A stretch of DNA of 64,000 nt, taken from Camelus ferus (lineage: Eukaryota). The notes beneath the pieces are model-generated. The model saw nothing but the letters and a program-made list of their open reading frames with translations. It was not told the origin of the DNA and ran no database searches. This document shows positions 50,963-63,344 of this stretch, piece after piece (positions within the stretch are counted from its first letter, which is position 1; each line of letters begins with the position of its first letter). The position numbers were made by a program, and so were the translations under genes. The DNA lies in the NCBI RefSeq assembly GCF_009834535.1, contig NC_045697.1, positions 113,834,001 to 113,898,000 on the forward strand, read 5' to 3'.

Positions 50963-52674
50963 ATTCCATTTCCATGATTTTGGATTGACTGCGTTATAGT
51001 ATTTCTCTGTAAACAATAACATAAGCTATATCTAGGAATTTCTTAATATTGATATATGTGAATTTTATAAGTTGTTATGGAGTGTTTATATTGACTTACT
51101 CTCTAAATTATCTCTTATTTTTATTTTAATGCAATCTTAAAAGTTTAGAAGAAATATAATCCTCAATTTAAAGCTTAAAATGCATATCCATTTAGTTATA
51201 TAGCATACATTTAGTGAGAGTCTATGTCTAGCATTGTGCTAAGTAAGAATAAAAAATTAACATAGTCCCCAACACCAAAAAGCTTCCAGAATATAGATAC
51301 TAATGAAATTATAAATAACAAATAACAACATAAAATATTTTAAACTATTTAAAATTCAAACTGTATGGAAAGTCTCATTATTCTTTAACCAGATTTCATA
51401 GGTAAAATAAGTAAATTAAAAATTGAAATGAATAGGGTACTTTCAGTGTATTTAATATATATCAAAAGTTAAAGAACATTTTTATGATTTCATAATTTGT
51501 CTACAAAAATATATTATAAAATCTCCAAAAAGAAAATGTTGAGAAATCAAATTTAAAAACAAAAAATTTTGCAAGGTACACTTCATGTCAAAAATTAAAT
51601 CTGCATGTCAAAAACTAGAAATTAGTAAAAAATAAAATATTATTTTATATAACAGATGAATCAAAAAGAAATTAAAAACACAAAAATGGAAAACTTAGGA
51701 AATAATGTAAATGATAACGTGATCTGTCCACATGTGAGACTTAGACAAGTGAGAATTCATAAGAAAACTCGATTACAAATTATCTTGAAAATCGAACATT
51801 AAATAAACATAGTCAGCAATGGTAATATTGCAAAAGGAATTGAAAAACAACCCAAAGTAAAACAGGAATGCGAGGAAGATAAAATCAGAAATGTGCACAT
51901 AAAATAAGGAAAATTATAATGAATTCATCTGAACTCATATTTTTACAAAAATGAATCGAAAACCATGAAGGCTTTTTGAGCTTAATCTGAGGAACAGGAC
52001 AAAAAGCACAAACAGCAGTACATTAATAAAATAGAGTTTAGGAAAGTATAATGATGAAGACTGGGTAGTTTCTAACAGTTAATACTATCAAAGTAATATG
52101 TTGTTTTCTATATAAAATATAATTTTATAATTATAATGGACAGTAACCAAAATTTCTAAAAATAACACTTCATGCCGATTACATAGCTATCAAAAATCAA
52201 AACCAAGAAAGAATGTGCAACAAATTAGATAATCCTTATTATTTTACAATAAGCCTTAGTCAATGTTATACCACTTTTGGAAATTAACAAAATACTAAAA
52301 ATGAAAGTGTTCTGAACAAGGAACGTACCTCTTCAAAGTCGAGGCATATCTAAGCATTGAGTCTCATCTCTGTTTCTTGAAATACATACTGAGAAAGATC
52401 CTTTTCTCCGACTTCTGTTCAGAAAAGTTGCTTCTCTTGCCATTAAGAACTATAACTATCTCCTCTGAATTAAAATCATTATTACTAAGATAATAACAAT
52501 AACAATATTAATTATAATCAGTTGTATTAATGTAAGTGTGAAACTTGCCTCTTCCAGACTAGGTGGCCTTACAACTAGTCTCAATGATTCTGCTCTGGAC
52601 TTTTGGCATTCTTCTTTCTTAAATATATCATTTTTTTTTTTGCCCTTTTATGTACTGGGTTATGTAATGATCTC

Positions 52675-52901
52675 TGGGGGTTTGGGGTTTTTTTCCCTAC
52701 CAAATTGATCTTTCTTATTGAGTATAGTCGATTTACAAGGTTGTGTTAATTTCTGGTGTACAGCATAATGATTAATTTAATATATAAATATATACATATT
52801 TACATATTATTTTTCATTTTCATTATGGGCTATTACAAGATATTGAATACTGTGCTATACAGTAGGGTGCTGTTTATCTAATTTATACATAGTAGTTAGT
52901 A
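52675..52901 (-). mobile_element. Short artiodactyl-type L1 3'-end insertion
   Basis: ATTGAGTATAGTCGATTTACAA..TTCTGGTGTACAGCATAATGATT..TATTACAAGATATTGAATA..TGTGCTATACAGTAGG, flanked by TAATGATCT on both sides (~52664 and ~52902; candidate TSD). Confidence 0.8.
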
Positions 52902-53019
52902 TAATGATCTTTGAATATAACAAAATATATAAAATACATTTTAAACAGCTTCTGAACATCAGAAGGATCTGTTGCCTATGGGATGGTTTAGGTGGGACAT
53001 GATGGTCTAAAATTTTTTG

Positions 53020-53210
53020 AGCACCAGCAATGAGCCAGGCAGGATACTGTCCTTTACAAATACTACTCCATTCAGATGAATGCAGGTATGAGGCAGGGTT
53101 TTAACATTCTTGTTTTATAAATGAAGACACTGAGTTCCACAAAGTTAGGGGAATTGACCAAGGCCCCAGTCAGTTAATCATGAAATTAGTGTTCAAATCC
53201 TGGTCTGTTC
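53020..53210 (-). mobile_element. MIR SINE
   Basis: TTGAGCACC..ATGAGCCAGGCA..TTTTATAAATGAAGACACTGAG..AAAGTTAGG..TTGACCAAGG..TTCAAATCCTGGTCTG. Confidence 0.75.
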
Positions 53211-53609
53211 CAAAAAAATTTTTATTTTTATTGCTACTATACTATATCATACCTAGAGGGAATGTGTAAATAGGAGTCAAACCATTTAAATTTTTTAAAA
53301 AAATTCCTCAATTTCTCTAATATTATTAACATCGTTGAGAGAAATAAAACTCCCCAGTGGGTGCAGGTTCCCACTGGGGTCATTTGCGAACTCTCCCCGC
53401 CACCCGGCATCTTTTCCAATGGTCCAAATTGCTTTCCATTCTAACTTTTGTTGGAATTATTGATAGGACCCTGTTGTCTTTAATGTACCCAGAGAATCAC
53501 CTCATGGTGTATTTCCTCAAAAAATTTTTTTTCTGTACTTTCCACAAGTGAAAGGAACAGCCACACAGCAGAGTGCCAATTATTATTATTATTTTTTATT
53601 GGTCTTTTC

Positions 53610-54040
53610 CTCGCACATCTAACTTTTACGCTACTGGATCTGTAAACATTAAACTCACATTAGAGTTCTGCGTTTCCTTCCAATTAGCGCTGATTTCCCT
53701 AACGTTCTGGCGACGCACAGCGCTGTGACGCCCTGTTTACCAGCGTCTCTCGCATCATTCTAGTTACTCTCTAACCCCCACCCACTGTTCTCATTCTCTT
53801 TGCCTGCTCTGGGGCTGGGAGTGTTTCCCTGCCTTCCTGTAGCGGCAAAGGATAAAACAACAAGCTGAAAGATGTTTTCAAATTCTCAGCTTCTCCCTTC
53901 GTGAGAGAGAGAGAGAGGGGCTGGTACAGGTCTGAACTACTGAGAGATCTAATTTGTATTCCTCTTGTGCTGAGCGATTCCCGCAGAGTCCTGAACAATC
54001 AGTCGTACATCGCGGCGGTGAGACTGGCCACGCTCCTCCC
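53610..54040. promoter_or_regulatory. CpG-enriched non-repeat segment; candidate promoter or enhancer
   Basis: About 20 CpGs in ~430 bp in an otherwise CpG-poor window. Forkhead motifs TGTAAACA (53641) and TGTTTAC (53734), half-CRE TGACG (53726), splice-donor motifs on both strands. Confidence 0.45.
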
Positions 54041-55189
54041 ATAGCTGACATTTGGTTGATTATCTCAAGAATGTCCTTGTATCACTTTCTGTTCTTGTTG
54101 ATGAAACATCTGATGAATTCTGTCCCTGTTCTATGTGTGTCATTCTTTTTCTCATTATGAGTTAGATTAAACAGGAGATAACTTAAAATTTTCACATAAT
54201 TGACTCCTCTCCTGTTTTTTTTTCCCCCTTAATATCAATAGTACTCAGTATTTCCCTTTTGTGTGTGACTTTCCTAAATCTATTTAGATTCTGTCTAAAC
54301 TTGGGAGGATCCTTTAAAGTGATATGCAATAAAGCATATATCTAAATAATTTAAATGAGGCATTTGCAGTATTAATGCTCTAAGTCCCTCAAGGGATCAT
54401 TTATTTCCTCCTTTAATTAGAGCAGGAAAGATGATTGAATTGGTATCAAAGTACAATTATCTTTCTGTGGTTTCCTTTAACATCTGTTTAGAGTGAGATG
54501 TTAATGTATCTTATTTAGATTGGAAAGTTTTTACTTCCCTAGACAATTCCAATAAGAAGGTCAATATTATTCATGGAAACATATGTCATTTTAAGTTAAA
54601 ACTGAGAAAAATATTCACGATTTTATTATTTTAAAAAATCCACTAATTTTAATGAGATGGATATAGTTACTTCTCTAAATATTAAATTTAATATTACATT
54701 TTAAATAATATGGAACCAATATTAAATTATAGATTATGCCATTTCATACAATTACATTTAATCTTTTAGAATATGTTCTTAAATTATACATGAGTATTTA
54801 TTTCAAAGTGCTAAATATCCTTATATATGGTCAGCCCACATAATGCATGTGAAAACACAAAGGGAATGTCATTCACTGTCGTTTAATAAAATTTACTGGA
54901 GAGCTCTGGTACCAGATACTCAGCTAAGTGCTAGGAATGAACTATTGCCTTGAGAAAATTACAGTTTAACAGTGAAACACATAAACTTCTAAATATTTTT
55001 AAATATTTTAGCAAATCCTTATAAATGGTTCCAAGGAAATACAGATACAAGCCAATAGTTCCACCTAAAAGAGTCATGGATTCATGACTGAGTTATGCTG
55101 TGGACAATACGAAGGGTGCCATTTCCATCAGGGACCAGAATCAGAGACATGCAAAAGCAGAGACAGTGTCTTGGGAATCAGAAGAAATC

Positions 55190-55371
55190 TGTATTAAATC
55201 CTCGGGCTGCCTTAACAAAGCACAACAGTCTGGGAGGTTTAAAACAAAAGGAGCTTACCCTCTTCCATCCCCAGAGGCTTGAAGCCTGAAATCAGTGCCC
55301 CCTCTGAATCCTCTAGGGCTCCAGGGAATAATCCTTCCTTGCCCCCTCCAGCTTCTGCAGTTCCTTAGCAT
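55190..55371 (-). mobile_element. MLT1B/C-like LTR, 3' half
   Basis: TGTATTAAATCCTCGGGCTGCCTTAACAAAGCACAACAGTCTGGG.GGTTTAAAACAA..CTCCAGGGAATAATCCTTCCTTGCC..CCAGCTTCTG. Confidence 0.75.
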
Positions 55372-55574
55372 TTTTTTTTTTTTTTTTTGGAATGAGAGAA
55401 TTAAAACTTACTATCTTATCAAAATTCTCTGAATATACACATATGCATACAGATAATGTTAAAAAATGTAAATATGTGTGTGTGCCTGTGTGTTTGTATG
55501 TGCAGTTTGCATACCCATATTCACAACTCAATGTGCATCTTAGTTTTTTAGTTTCTTAAGAATAGTTTTACCAA

Positions 55575-55702
55575 GGGAGCAAGGAAGGGTATAGCTCAGT
55601 GGTAGAGTGTGTGCTTAGCACGCATGAGGTCCTGGGTCCAACCTCCGGTACCTCCGTTAAAAATAAATAAATAAACATACTTATGCCCCCCCCCCAAAAA
55701 AA
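55575..55702 (+). mobile_element. tRNA-derived SINE, camelid vic-1 type
   Basis: AGGGTATAGCTCAGTGGTAGAGTGTGTGCTTAGCACGCATGAGGTCCTGGGTCCAACCTCCGGTACCTCC followed by an A-rich/C-run tail. TSD core TAGTTTTACC at 55563-55572 and 55704-55713. Confidence 0.92.
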
Positions 55703-55852
55703 GTAGTTTTACCTAACCCAGCCCCCTTAGTTTCTCAAGAGAAAGTAGATTGGACTGGAAAAGGTGACAGGTAACGTCCAGTCCAGTCTTATGTCACCGT
55801 CATCTGCTTCTAGCATTTTAAAATGCCCATCTCTTCATTCCTCCATGGAGAA

Positions 55853-55992
55853 ATGGGAACTTATTAGAAATACAAATCCTCAGACCCGCCCTCAGACTTA
55901 CTGAATCAGGGACTGTGCGGGGAGGCTCAGCCATCTCTGTGACAACCTGCCGCCAGGTGATGCTGAGCTTCACTAAAATGTGAGAACTGCTG
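55853..55992 (+). mobile_element. MER5A (hAT-Charlie) fragment
   Basis: TGGGAACTTATTAGAAATACAAATCCTCAGACCC..CAGACTTACTGAATCAG..CCAGGTGATGCTGA..TGAGAACTGCTG. Confidence 0.8.
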
Positions 55993-56110
55993 CATTCAAA
56001 CTTCCCCAGGGAGGAACTATAGGCTGGAATCCTAGGCAGAAGTGGAGAGGCAGTAATTAAAGGAAAAAAAGCAGGATACTCTACAGAGAACGTTGGGTCA
56101 GAGGTGGTAG

Positions 56111-56653
56111 TGTTAGGTGGTTAGATAAGTGAGGGGCCTGGGCAGATAAGGTGAAGGAGAGACTGGAGGGTCCGGAAGATGGCAGTTGTGCCCGCCTTCA
56201 GCATAAAGGGGCTTTGCTTCCTCTACACGGGTGCCAGCAGGAAACCAGTTGGAACCCGACTGGCCACAACTGAGTGATAGCCATAAGGACCTAACCAGAC
56301 ATGACCCAATGTTCATTGTATTATAATTAGCATTGCAGCGTAGGCCTCCCCCATGGGGTTTGTCTATGTACATCACGGGTAAGGACATGCACAGAGGGGA
56401 ATGAGCATGACGGAGCACTCCAGGGCAAGAGCTGTCAGTCAATCAAGAGACCCCCCTCTCAGTGAGCATGCAAACAAAGACCATCACTATCCGCCCTTGG
56501 ATCAGCCCGCCTCCCATTCCTGGAGGGGTACTTTCCCTTTGCTAATAAATCCTTTAAAATCTTTCACTACACAATGCTTCAATCTCCCGTCTGAATTATT
56601 TTCTTTCTGGCAAGGCAAGAACTGAAGTTTTTCCCTTCCCCTATGGGGTTACA
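56111..56653 (+). mobile_element. ERV1-class solo LTR
   Basis: TGTTAG...GTTACA termini, perfect 4-bp TSD GTAG (56107-56110 and 56654-56657), AATAAA at ~56544. Confidence 0.85.
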
Positions 56654-56896
56654 GTAGGAACAGAGTTTAGGGAGACAGAGCAGTGGGGTCAAGGGGACTG
56701 TTATTTATGGTCATAAGGAACCTGCAGGGTGGTGAGCAAACAGAGCAGAAGCACAAGCAGCAATAAGAGAGCAGTAACCGCGTCCTCCCGTGTTAGATCT
56801 TCTGTTCTCCAGCAGTCAGTTTCTGCTCCTGTGTTAAGATCTGCTGGCTTTAGAAACTTTTCCCTACAATGGATCCCAAAGAAGACACAAAAATCA

Positions 56897-57146
56897 ATAT
56901 CACTGCAGTTTCTGCCTCTGTCAGCCCATGGCTTTCATCCCTCTGTGTCCTCTCCATTCCTATGTTCCAAAATCTCTATCCTTTTAAGAACACCAGTCAT
57001 CAGATTTAGAGACCATTCTAATCTCGTAAGACTTCATTTTAATTTGATTATATCAGCAAACACCCAATTTGCAAATGTCACATTCACTGGCAAGAGGATT
57101 AGGACTTGAGCATATCTTTTTGGGGGACACAATTTAACCCAAATCA
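56897..57146 (-). mobile_element. MLT1B/C-like LTR, 5' half
   Basis: ATCACTGCAGTTTCTGCCTCTG..CATGGC..AAGAACACCAGTCATCAGATTTAG..GTCACATTCACTGG..GGATTAGGACTTGAGCATATCTTTTTGGGGGACACAATTTAACCC. Confidence 0.8.
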
Positions 57147-57436
57147 AAGTCCCACCAAAGATTCTTTGGAAACAAATACGAAGCAGCTGATAAGATACGG
57201 TCAGGAGTTTGGATCTGAGGCATTAGGGATATACCAAGGGTTTTAATCCTATCTGCTAAGGTGCTAATTTTTGTTTTAGGAAGCTAACGGTTGGATCTGT
57301 GGAAGATAAATTGGAAGATGGGAATCCCAGACTTGAACTAAAAAAGGGCTACCAAAGACTGGCAAGAGAGGGGAAAAAAAAAATGAAAAAAAGTAGTTAG
57401 TGACTTATGACAAATTCATACTTAAGTGGAACACAG

Positions 57437-57971
57437 GGTGCTGGTTGGTGAGATCTGTTTTAACAACAGACACAAGAGGAATTGAAATCTAGCAGTTTAT
57501 TACTCTCAGGTCCTGAAGGAAACACCAGGCATGCCTCCAGGGGCCACAGGGAGGTGGAGGCAGAGGGCACACTGGAGAAAGACAGGACCTGCATTAGGGT
57601 CTCTGCATGCAATGCTTTGGGGTTCCTGGGATGAGGCCAGTTTGGATCAATTTAAACCAAAAGAGCAGGGTTTGGGCAAGCCCCACTAGGGTCTTGGGGC
57701 CTAAGGTAAGCAGGTCCTCGGAACCAGGGGAGATGGTCACAAGGCTGTTGGGGAAGTCATATGAGGAACTTCCATTTGCTTGTGATTCTGTTAGTTCTTT
57801 TTCGGTGTTCCCAGGAGGGGCTGGAGTTAGTTTCAGGTCCCCACAGACAGCTCAGCCAAACAAAATGGATGCAGAGGCAGCAACACCATGGAGTAGCTTA
57901 AGAAATTCTCTACATGATAAAATATGTGCGAGTTACGTGCAGGGAGAAAGGGGGGAAGTGAACTAGATACA
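57437..57971 (-). mobile_element. Old ERVL-class LTR (MER76/MER77-like; subfamily uncertain)
   Basis: GTTTATTACTCTCAGGTCC..GGCATGCCTCCAGGGGCCACAGGGAGG; ends GAACTAGATACA. Confidence 0.5.
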
Positions 57972-58714
57972 GAAGTTCTTGGTGCGTGGGGGACTGGGTG
58001 GAAGACCCTCTTCGCACACAGTGGGAGCAAAGAAAAGCTGGTTTGGAACAGGAAATCTGGAGCAAGAAAAACTGGAGTTTGGCTTTAGCTTTCTACAAGG
58101 AAACCTTGAGATCTGGGGAATATGTTAACGAAAGAATGTTCCGTGAACAGTTGCCGATACCAAGCTGGAAGCCAGGGAAGGGTTAGATGCTGAAATGATG
58201 TCATCAGGTACAAATGATGATTCAGTCCTTGTAAATCAATATCACTGCTCAGTTTACTGGGGTGGAAGAAGACAGGAATAAAGACCAAACCCCTGGAAAA
58301 ATTCAACACTACCACAAGTGTCATATATATAGATCGATAGATAGATATAAATCACTATAATTTAAACTATTTATATTAAAAATATAACTATATTTAAACT
58401 ATTTTCAGAATTAAAATGAAACAATACATTTACATCACTTAGAACCATGATTGACATAAAATATTTTTACAAATATATGCTATTATTATGTTATCATTTG
58501 CTATTATTATATCCTTATTTGCTACTATTAAAGGTGTTAAATATTAAATTAAAATTAATGTGTAAACTAATTATAAATATAAATAAATTAAAAACAAATT
58601 TTAAATTAAATAATAAAATATTAATGATAGTAATATCATTAGTGTGATTTCTCAAGTGAAATACACTTACTTTCTACAAGTCTAGAAAGATTTCTTTAGG
58701 TTACTAAAACTATC

Positions 58715-59990
58715 ATACATTTTAAAGTTTTATTTTAGATTTTCAGAGAAAAGCAAAGATGATACAGAGTTTCCAAATTTTTCATCCTCATTCTCTTTTA
58801 TTATTAAAACTTACATTAGTGCGGTGTATCTATCATGACTAGTGAACCAATATTTTGCATCATTAAGTGAAATCTATCATTTTAAGATATTTTTCTTTGT
58901 TTTGCCCGAACAGCCCTTTACTGTAGTTGTGCTTCCTCTGGCTCCTCTAAACTGACAGTTTCTCAGACCTTCCTGGTTTTGGACGACCTCAGGAGTAGGC
59001 AGGGCAGATATTTTGTAGAATGTCTTTCAATTGGGATTCGTCTGATGTACTTCTCTCCATTAGACTGAAGTTACGGGGTTGGCTGAGGGGGAGAGCACAG
59101 AGATCAAGTTCCTTTTTCATTGTATCATATCAGGGGACTGTACATCAACATGATTTTTGACTGCTGACGATGTTGACTTTGATACCAGGCTGCGTAGTAT
59201 TTGCAAAGTTTTTTCTCTGTAAGTTACTCCCTGTCTTGTCCCCTAGGGAAACTGTAGGAGAAAGTCACTGTGCGAAGCCCATGCTTACAGAGTGGGAAGT
59301 TACGCTTCTCCTTCTTTATAACTGTTGATGTGAATGTGGTTTCTATTTTATTATTTTATTTTATTTTACTTTATTTTGAGGATGTCTTTGCTGTCTGGCA
59401 CCACTACTTTGCTCCTTGTATATTCCTTCCTCAATCCTAAAAACAGCTGTTCCCGAAGGAGCCCCAGATCCTCTTCCTGGAGAATGGTATTAGAATCCAG
59501 TCCTGAGTGTTACATGTTCTTATTGCTACAGGGATGTCATTGCTTCTAGCCCCTCTCAGATGAGAGAACAACAAAATATGTGTGTGCACACTGATCTCTG
59601 CATATACACATATCTATAAATATTTCTATGAGCCACCCTTTGTATCTATATTAACTACACATGAGTTTATATTAATATGTCCCTCTCTAATACATTTCCA
59701 CCTAGGTTATTTCAACCTTCTCTTCTTGTATTTCTGTAATGTCTCAATCCAACAAGGAGAAACCTGGCTGCACTATCCACAGTCCACGTACAAGATTGCT
59801 CAGTTCCAGGATGCATGCACAATGGTATCAGAATTTTCAGCTTGAATCCCTGTGGAAAACCAGTATATCAACTAGAGTACAGTGCTTCTTACTTACAGTT
59901 CCTTTTGCTTTTAGTCTTACAGAGCTCAACAATAGGCAAAGTTACTTCCACAGTAACCTCTCCCCACATCCCTTTCAGTGAGGTCAATTT
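58715..59990 (-). mobile_element. L1MC-type 3' UTR fragment
   Basis: ACAGTTTCTCAGACCTTCCTGG..ATATTTTGTAGAATGTC..CAATTGGGATT.GTCTGATGT; CCCAGATCCTCTTCCTGGAGAATGGTATTAGAA; GAGAAACCTGGCT. Confidence 0.8.
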
Positions 59991-60814
59991 ATTATCTGCA
60001 CAGACTTTATATTTTAACAAAAATGATTTTAAAATAATTCTTGAATCCACATACAAGGGATTCATACTTTTACAATAAAAAGGAAAGAAAAAGTTGATTA
60101 ATAATAAGTTTGAATAACTGCAATTCTAAAGCGATACTCTTTCAGAGGCAAAAGATACTTTTTAACTATCTCTATAAGATGTTCATTTAGTATTATTTTG
60201 AAATTGTCCTTTGCAGAGTGAAAAATGACTTAAGTAGAATTTTACTTAAGTAGAATTTATCCAAATTATCTTTTTGAAAATTTAAGGAAGGAAATAGAGA
60301 TTTAGTATTTATGTTACAACATCTATGCAATTCCATCTCTAAGGTTTTCTACAACTAAAAATGAAATACTGGCTATCTCGAGAAGAGCAAACCAATTTGT
60401 GGTGTCTCCAGGCAAATTTTATATTATTCCTTTTGTTTAGATATCAGTCGACATTTTGGACAAGTAGTAAACACACTATGATTATTCAGATACTGCACCT
60501 GCAAAGTTAATCAAGCAACAGCCCTCTGTGTATAAAGGTCTGTCCTAGGGAACTGTTAACATAGTTCTAGAATAGAAAGGAGGAAATATATATATACTTT
60601 ATCATTTCATGTCTTTCTAATACCTTTTAACTAGAATACTTTGAAACTAAGTAAAATAAGTTTCTAGGCATCTGAACCCACTGCCGGATTTGTTCCTTTC
60701 AGTGGTGTAGAACTATTCTTCATCAGTACCCCATTATTTGACATGTGAATGTTGAAATCTTATTCATTTCCTGAAAAGCAATAGCTAGGGTAAGTTACCC
60801 AGAAATCAAACCGA

Positions 60815-61010
60815 GGTGTAGTGGGAAAAAATAAATCCATTACCATAGAGCCGAGTAGATCTGTTTCAGACCTGGGTTTTTCACTGAATTTCTTGTGACT
60901 TTGAGCTCTCCCCTTAACTCTTTTGTGTCTTCACTTCCTCCTTTAAAAGTTGTTCAGCTTTGGTATATTCTAATGAATGTTCTAATATTAGTAGGGTCTG
61001 ATTTTCTATG
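60815..61010 (+). mobile_element. Diverged MIR SINE
   Basis: GGTGTAGTGGGAAAA..GATCTG.TTCAGACCTGG..TGTGACTTTGAGC..CCCTTAACTCTTTTGTGTCTTCACTTCCTC. Confidence 0.6.
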
Positions 61011-61579
61011 AAAACTACACATGACATTCTTTATTCCTCTAATCACACCTGTATAATCATACAAGGTGGCACTTCTCAGCACAAAATAACATAGAAAGCA
61101 ACTGGGGGAAAAAAAAAAAAGAACCTTAACAATTCCTTTTATTTTAAAATTATTATCTTTGAAATCTTATCAAAACCTACGCAGGGATGAGCTGACACTG
61201 TGACCTAAAACATTTAATTCTGAATATGGGTCTGATTATTCATCAAAATCCTATCCGCACCCCAGGCAACCTAATAACCCAAATATATTTTACTAGAATA
61301 ACTTTCCCTTTCAGGGAACAAATACTGCTCCATAAAGGTGTTTGCAAATAGCCAGCAGAAGTTGCAGAACAATCTTGTGAGTGACATCCCAATAAATCGC
61401 TGAAAACTCTACCCTTGACACAAAATTTGCTTTCGAGTCTGCTGCTTACAATTCTGCAGTTCTAAAGAGCCCGCATTTCATTCTTCAAAGCTCAGTTCCA
61501 TAGAAAACATAAGTACATACAAGTACAGATTTACAGCCCATTGCTTGGTACCCAAGCTGTTAATCATCTAGCCGGGCTC

Positions 61580-62000
61580 TGTAGCTCAAGCCTCATGGCC
61601 TGTTCCTGCTCATGGTTATGTACGCAACAGCCTTTCAGCCTGCTCACAGCTGCCCAGACGACACCTTCCATCACAGGCTTCCACACGTGTCTTCACATAT
61701 GCTGTTCCTTCTGAATGCAATGGCTTTAGACTCATTTCTTTGTCTGGAGGGTCTCTAAACATTGAACAGACTCACGGGCTCTCCGAATCTCCCCACTGCT
61801 TTGGGGTTTAACTGAATTATCTTGCTTCTGATTCCAGAGTAGCATTTCATGCACAGCTCTATGGTATGGCATTGTGTACAACTGAGTCACAAGACCTTTC
61901 CTGTCTAAACTAGGGTCAATGTTTTATTTTATTTTGACATTATCCACACTTAACCAAATGCGATGGTCACTCGGTAATGCCTCCTGACTGAATCAGTGAA
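61580..62000 (+). mobile_element. L2 LINE 3' fragment
   Basis: CTTCACATATGCTGTTCCTTCTGAATGCAATG; ends TGACTGAATCAGTGAA. Confidence 0.55.
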
Positions 62001-62094
62001 AAACTAGTTTCTTAAAGAAAGTTGGAAGTGGGGGGAAATCTATGCTAGGTTAATCAATAAAGCCATCTACAATACACTTAATTTTTATAAGTTG

Positions 62095-62330
62095 AAGCAG
62101 GCCAGGCATGTCATGAAAGGTAAAGTGATTCCAATCGGGCTGATTTTAATTTAAATCTTGGTTATGGTAGGCTGTTCTTGAACAAACTGCCTTTGTTTTA
62201 TGAAACTCAGTTTCTTGATTTTAAATAACTGAACGAAAATAAGCTTATCCACATTGTTAAGAGGTTTCCGTGAAACAAAAAATGACAACCCCACTATGTG
62301 CAAGGCACAGAGTAGATACTAATTCTGTTC
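62095..62330 (+). mobile_element. Diverged MIR SINE
   Basis: TTTAAATCTTGG..CTGTTCTTGAACAA..AACTCAGTTTCTTGATTTT..ATTGTTAAGAGG..GCAAGGCACAGAGTAGATACT. Confidence 0.55.
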
Positions 62331-63344
62331 CTCACTTGCTTAGTTTAAAGCTTAAACTGACACATTGTAACTGAGTATAATTCTATAAAAAATTGCATTG
62401 CAAAAGATTTAAATAACATATGAGATTTGTACATAAGCCCCACAAACAGGCAATTAGGTCTTTAGATATTAGTCTTATTTTTTCTTAAAAGTGGATACAT
62501 CAAGTTAGGGGAATATCATTTTAAAGAAGTCTCATTTAGTCTTAAATTAGAAAAAAAGAAATATTGATATAGTAAATGGCTGGACAAAACCAAAGACATG
62601 ATGTTTGTACTAGACTAATCAGAAGACAATAAAAATAAACATTACTGGTATCTAGGATAAATTATTGGCATTCAACCTTCTACCATGTTCCAATTGACAC
62701 TTATCCCATTTATATGTCAGATATGGGTCAAAACAGAATCTGATTCTATTAAAATTAACAACTGATTACTGAAACACTGGTTAAAATGTTAAAAAGCTGA
62801 TTTTTATCAGTCAGTATCAATATATCCTGAGAGATTATCTGCAGTGTAGAATGATTAAAATGCGTATTGTCATGTCATAAAATAACCAATTGAAGAAAGG
62901 GTTGACTGTTTCGTTAATTGAAACATTAGATGAAAATATCATATTTTGAAACTGAATTAATTTTTCTCCCTCCTAGGCTTTTTTCAGTGACAGCTCTAGT
63001 AATACTCAGGTAGTGTCAGAATAATGTATACAGTTAAATAGTAAAAGTAAGTGGCATGAATATTATGAAATTGGATTTTCTATTTTTTGCCTCTTTAAAA
63101 ATTTTAAACGAATACTCTGGACATATTAGACTAACTTAATGGCCTTTGTAAAGATTAGATATTATGAAAATCCAGTCTCTCTTATGGAGACCACAGCATC
63201 TACAGCATGCAAAGATGAACCTGACTAAAGTTATAAAAATACAGCTAATCAGTTTGGAAAATACAAATACGAGAGAAAATGCAGTCACTCCCTTCTTGCA
63301 TTCTCCAGTCTCTTGGCTGCGAATGCCTTCTAAACTGGGAGAAG

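Noticed and set aside
51380..52260. Long A-rich stretch, possibly very old L1/HAL1
   Set aside because: Too diverged to assign by eye.
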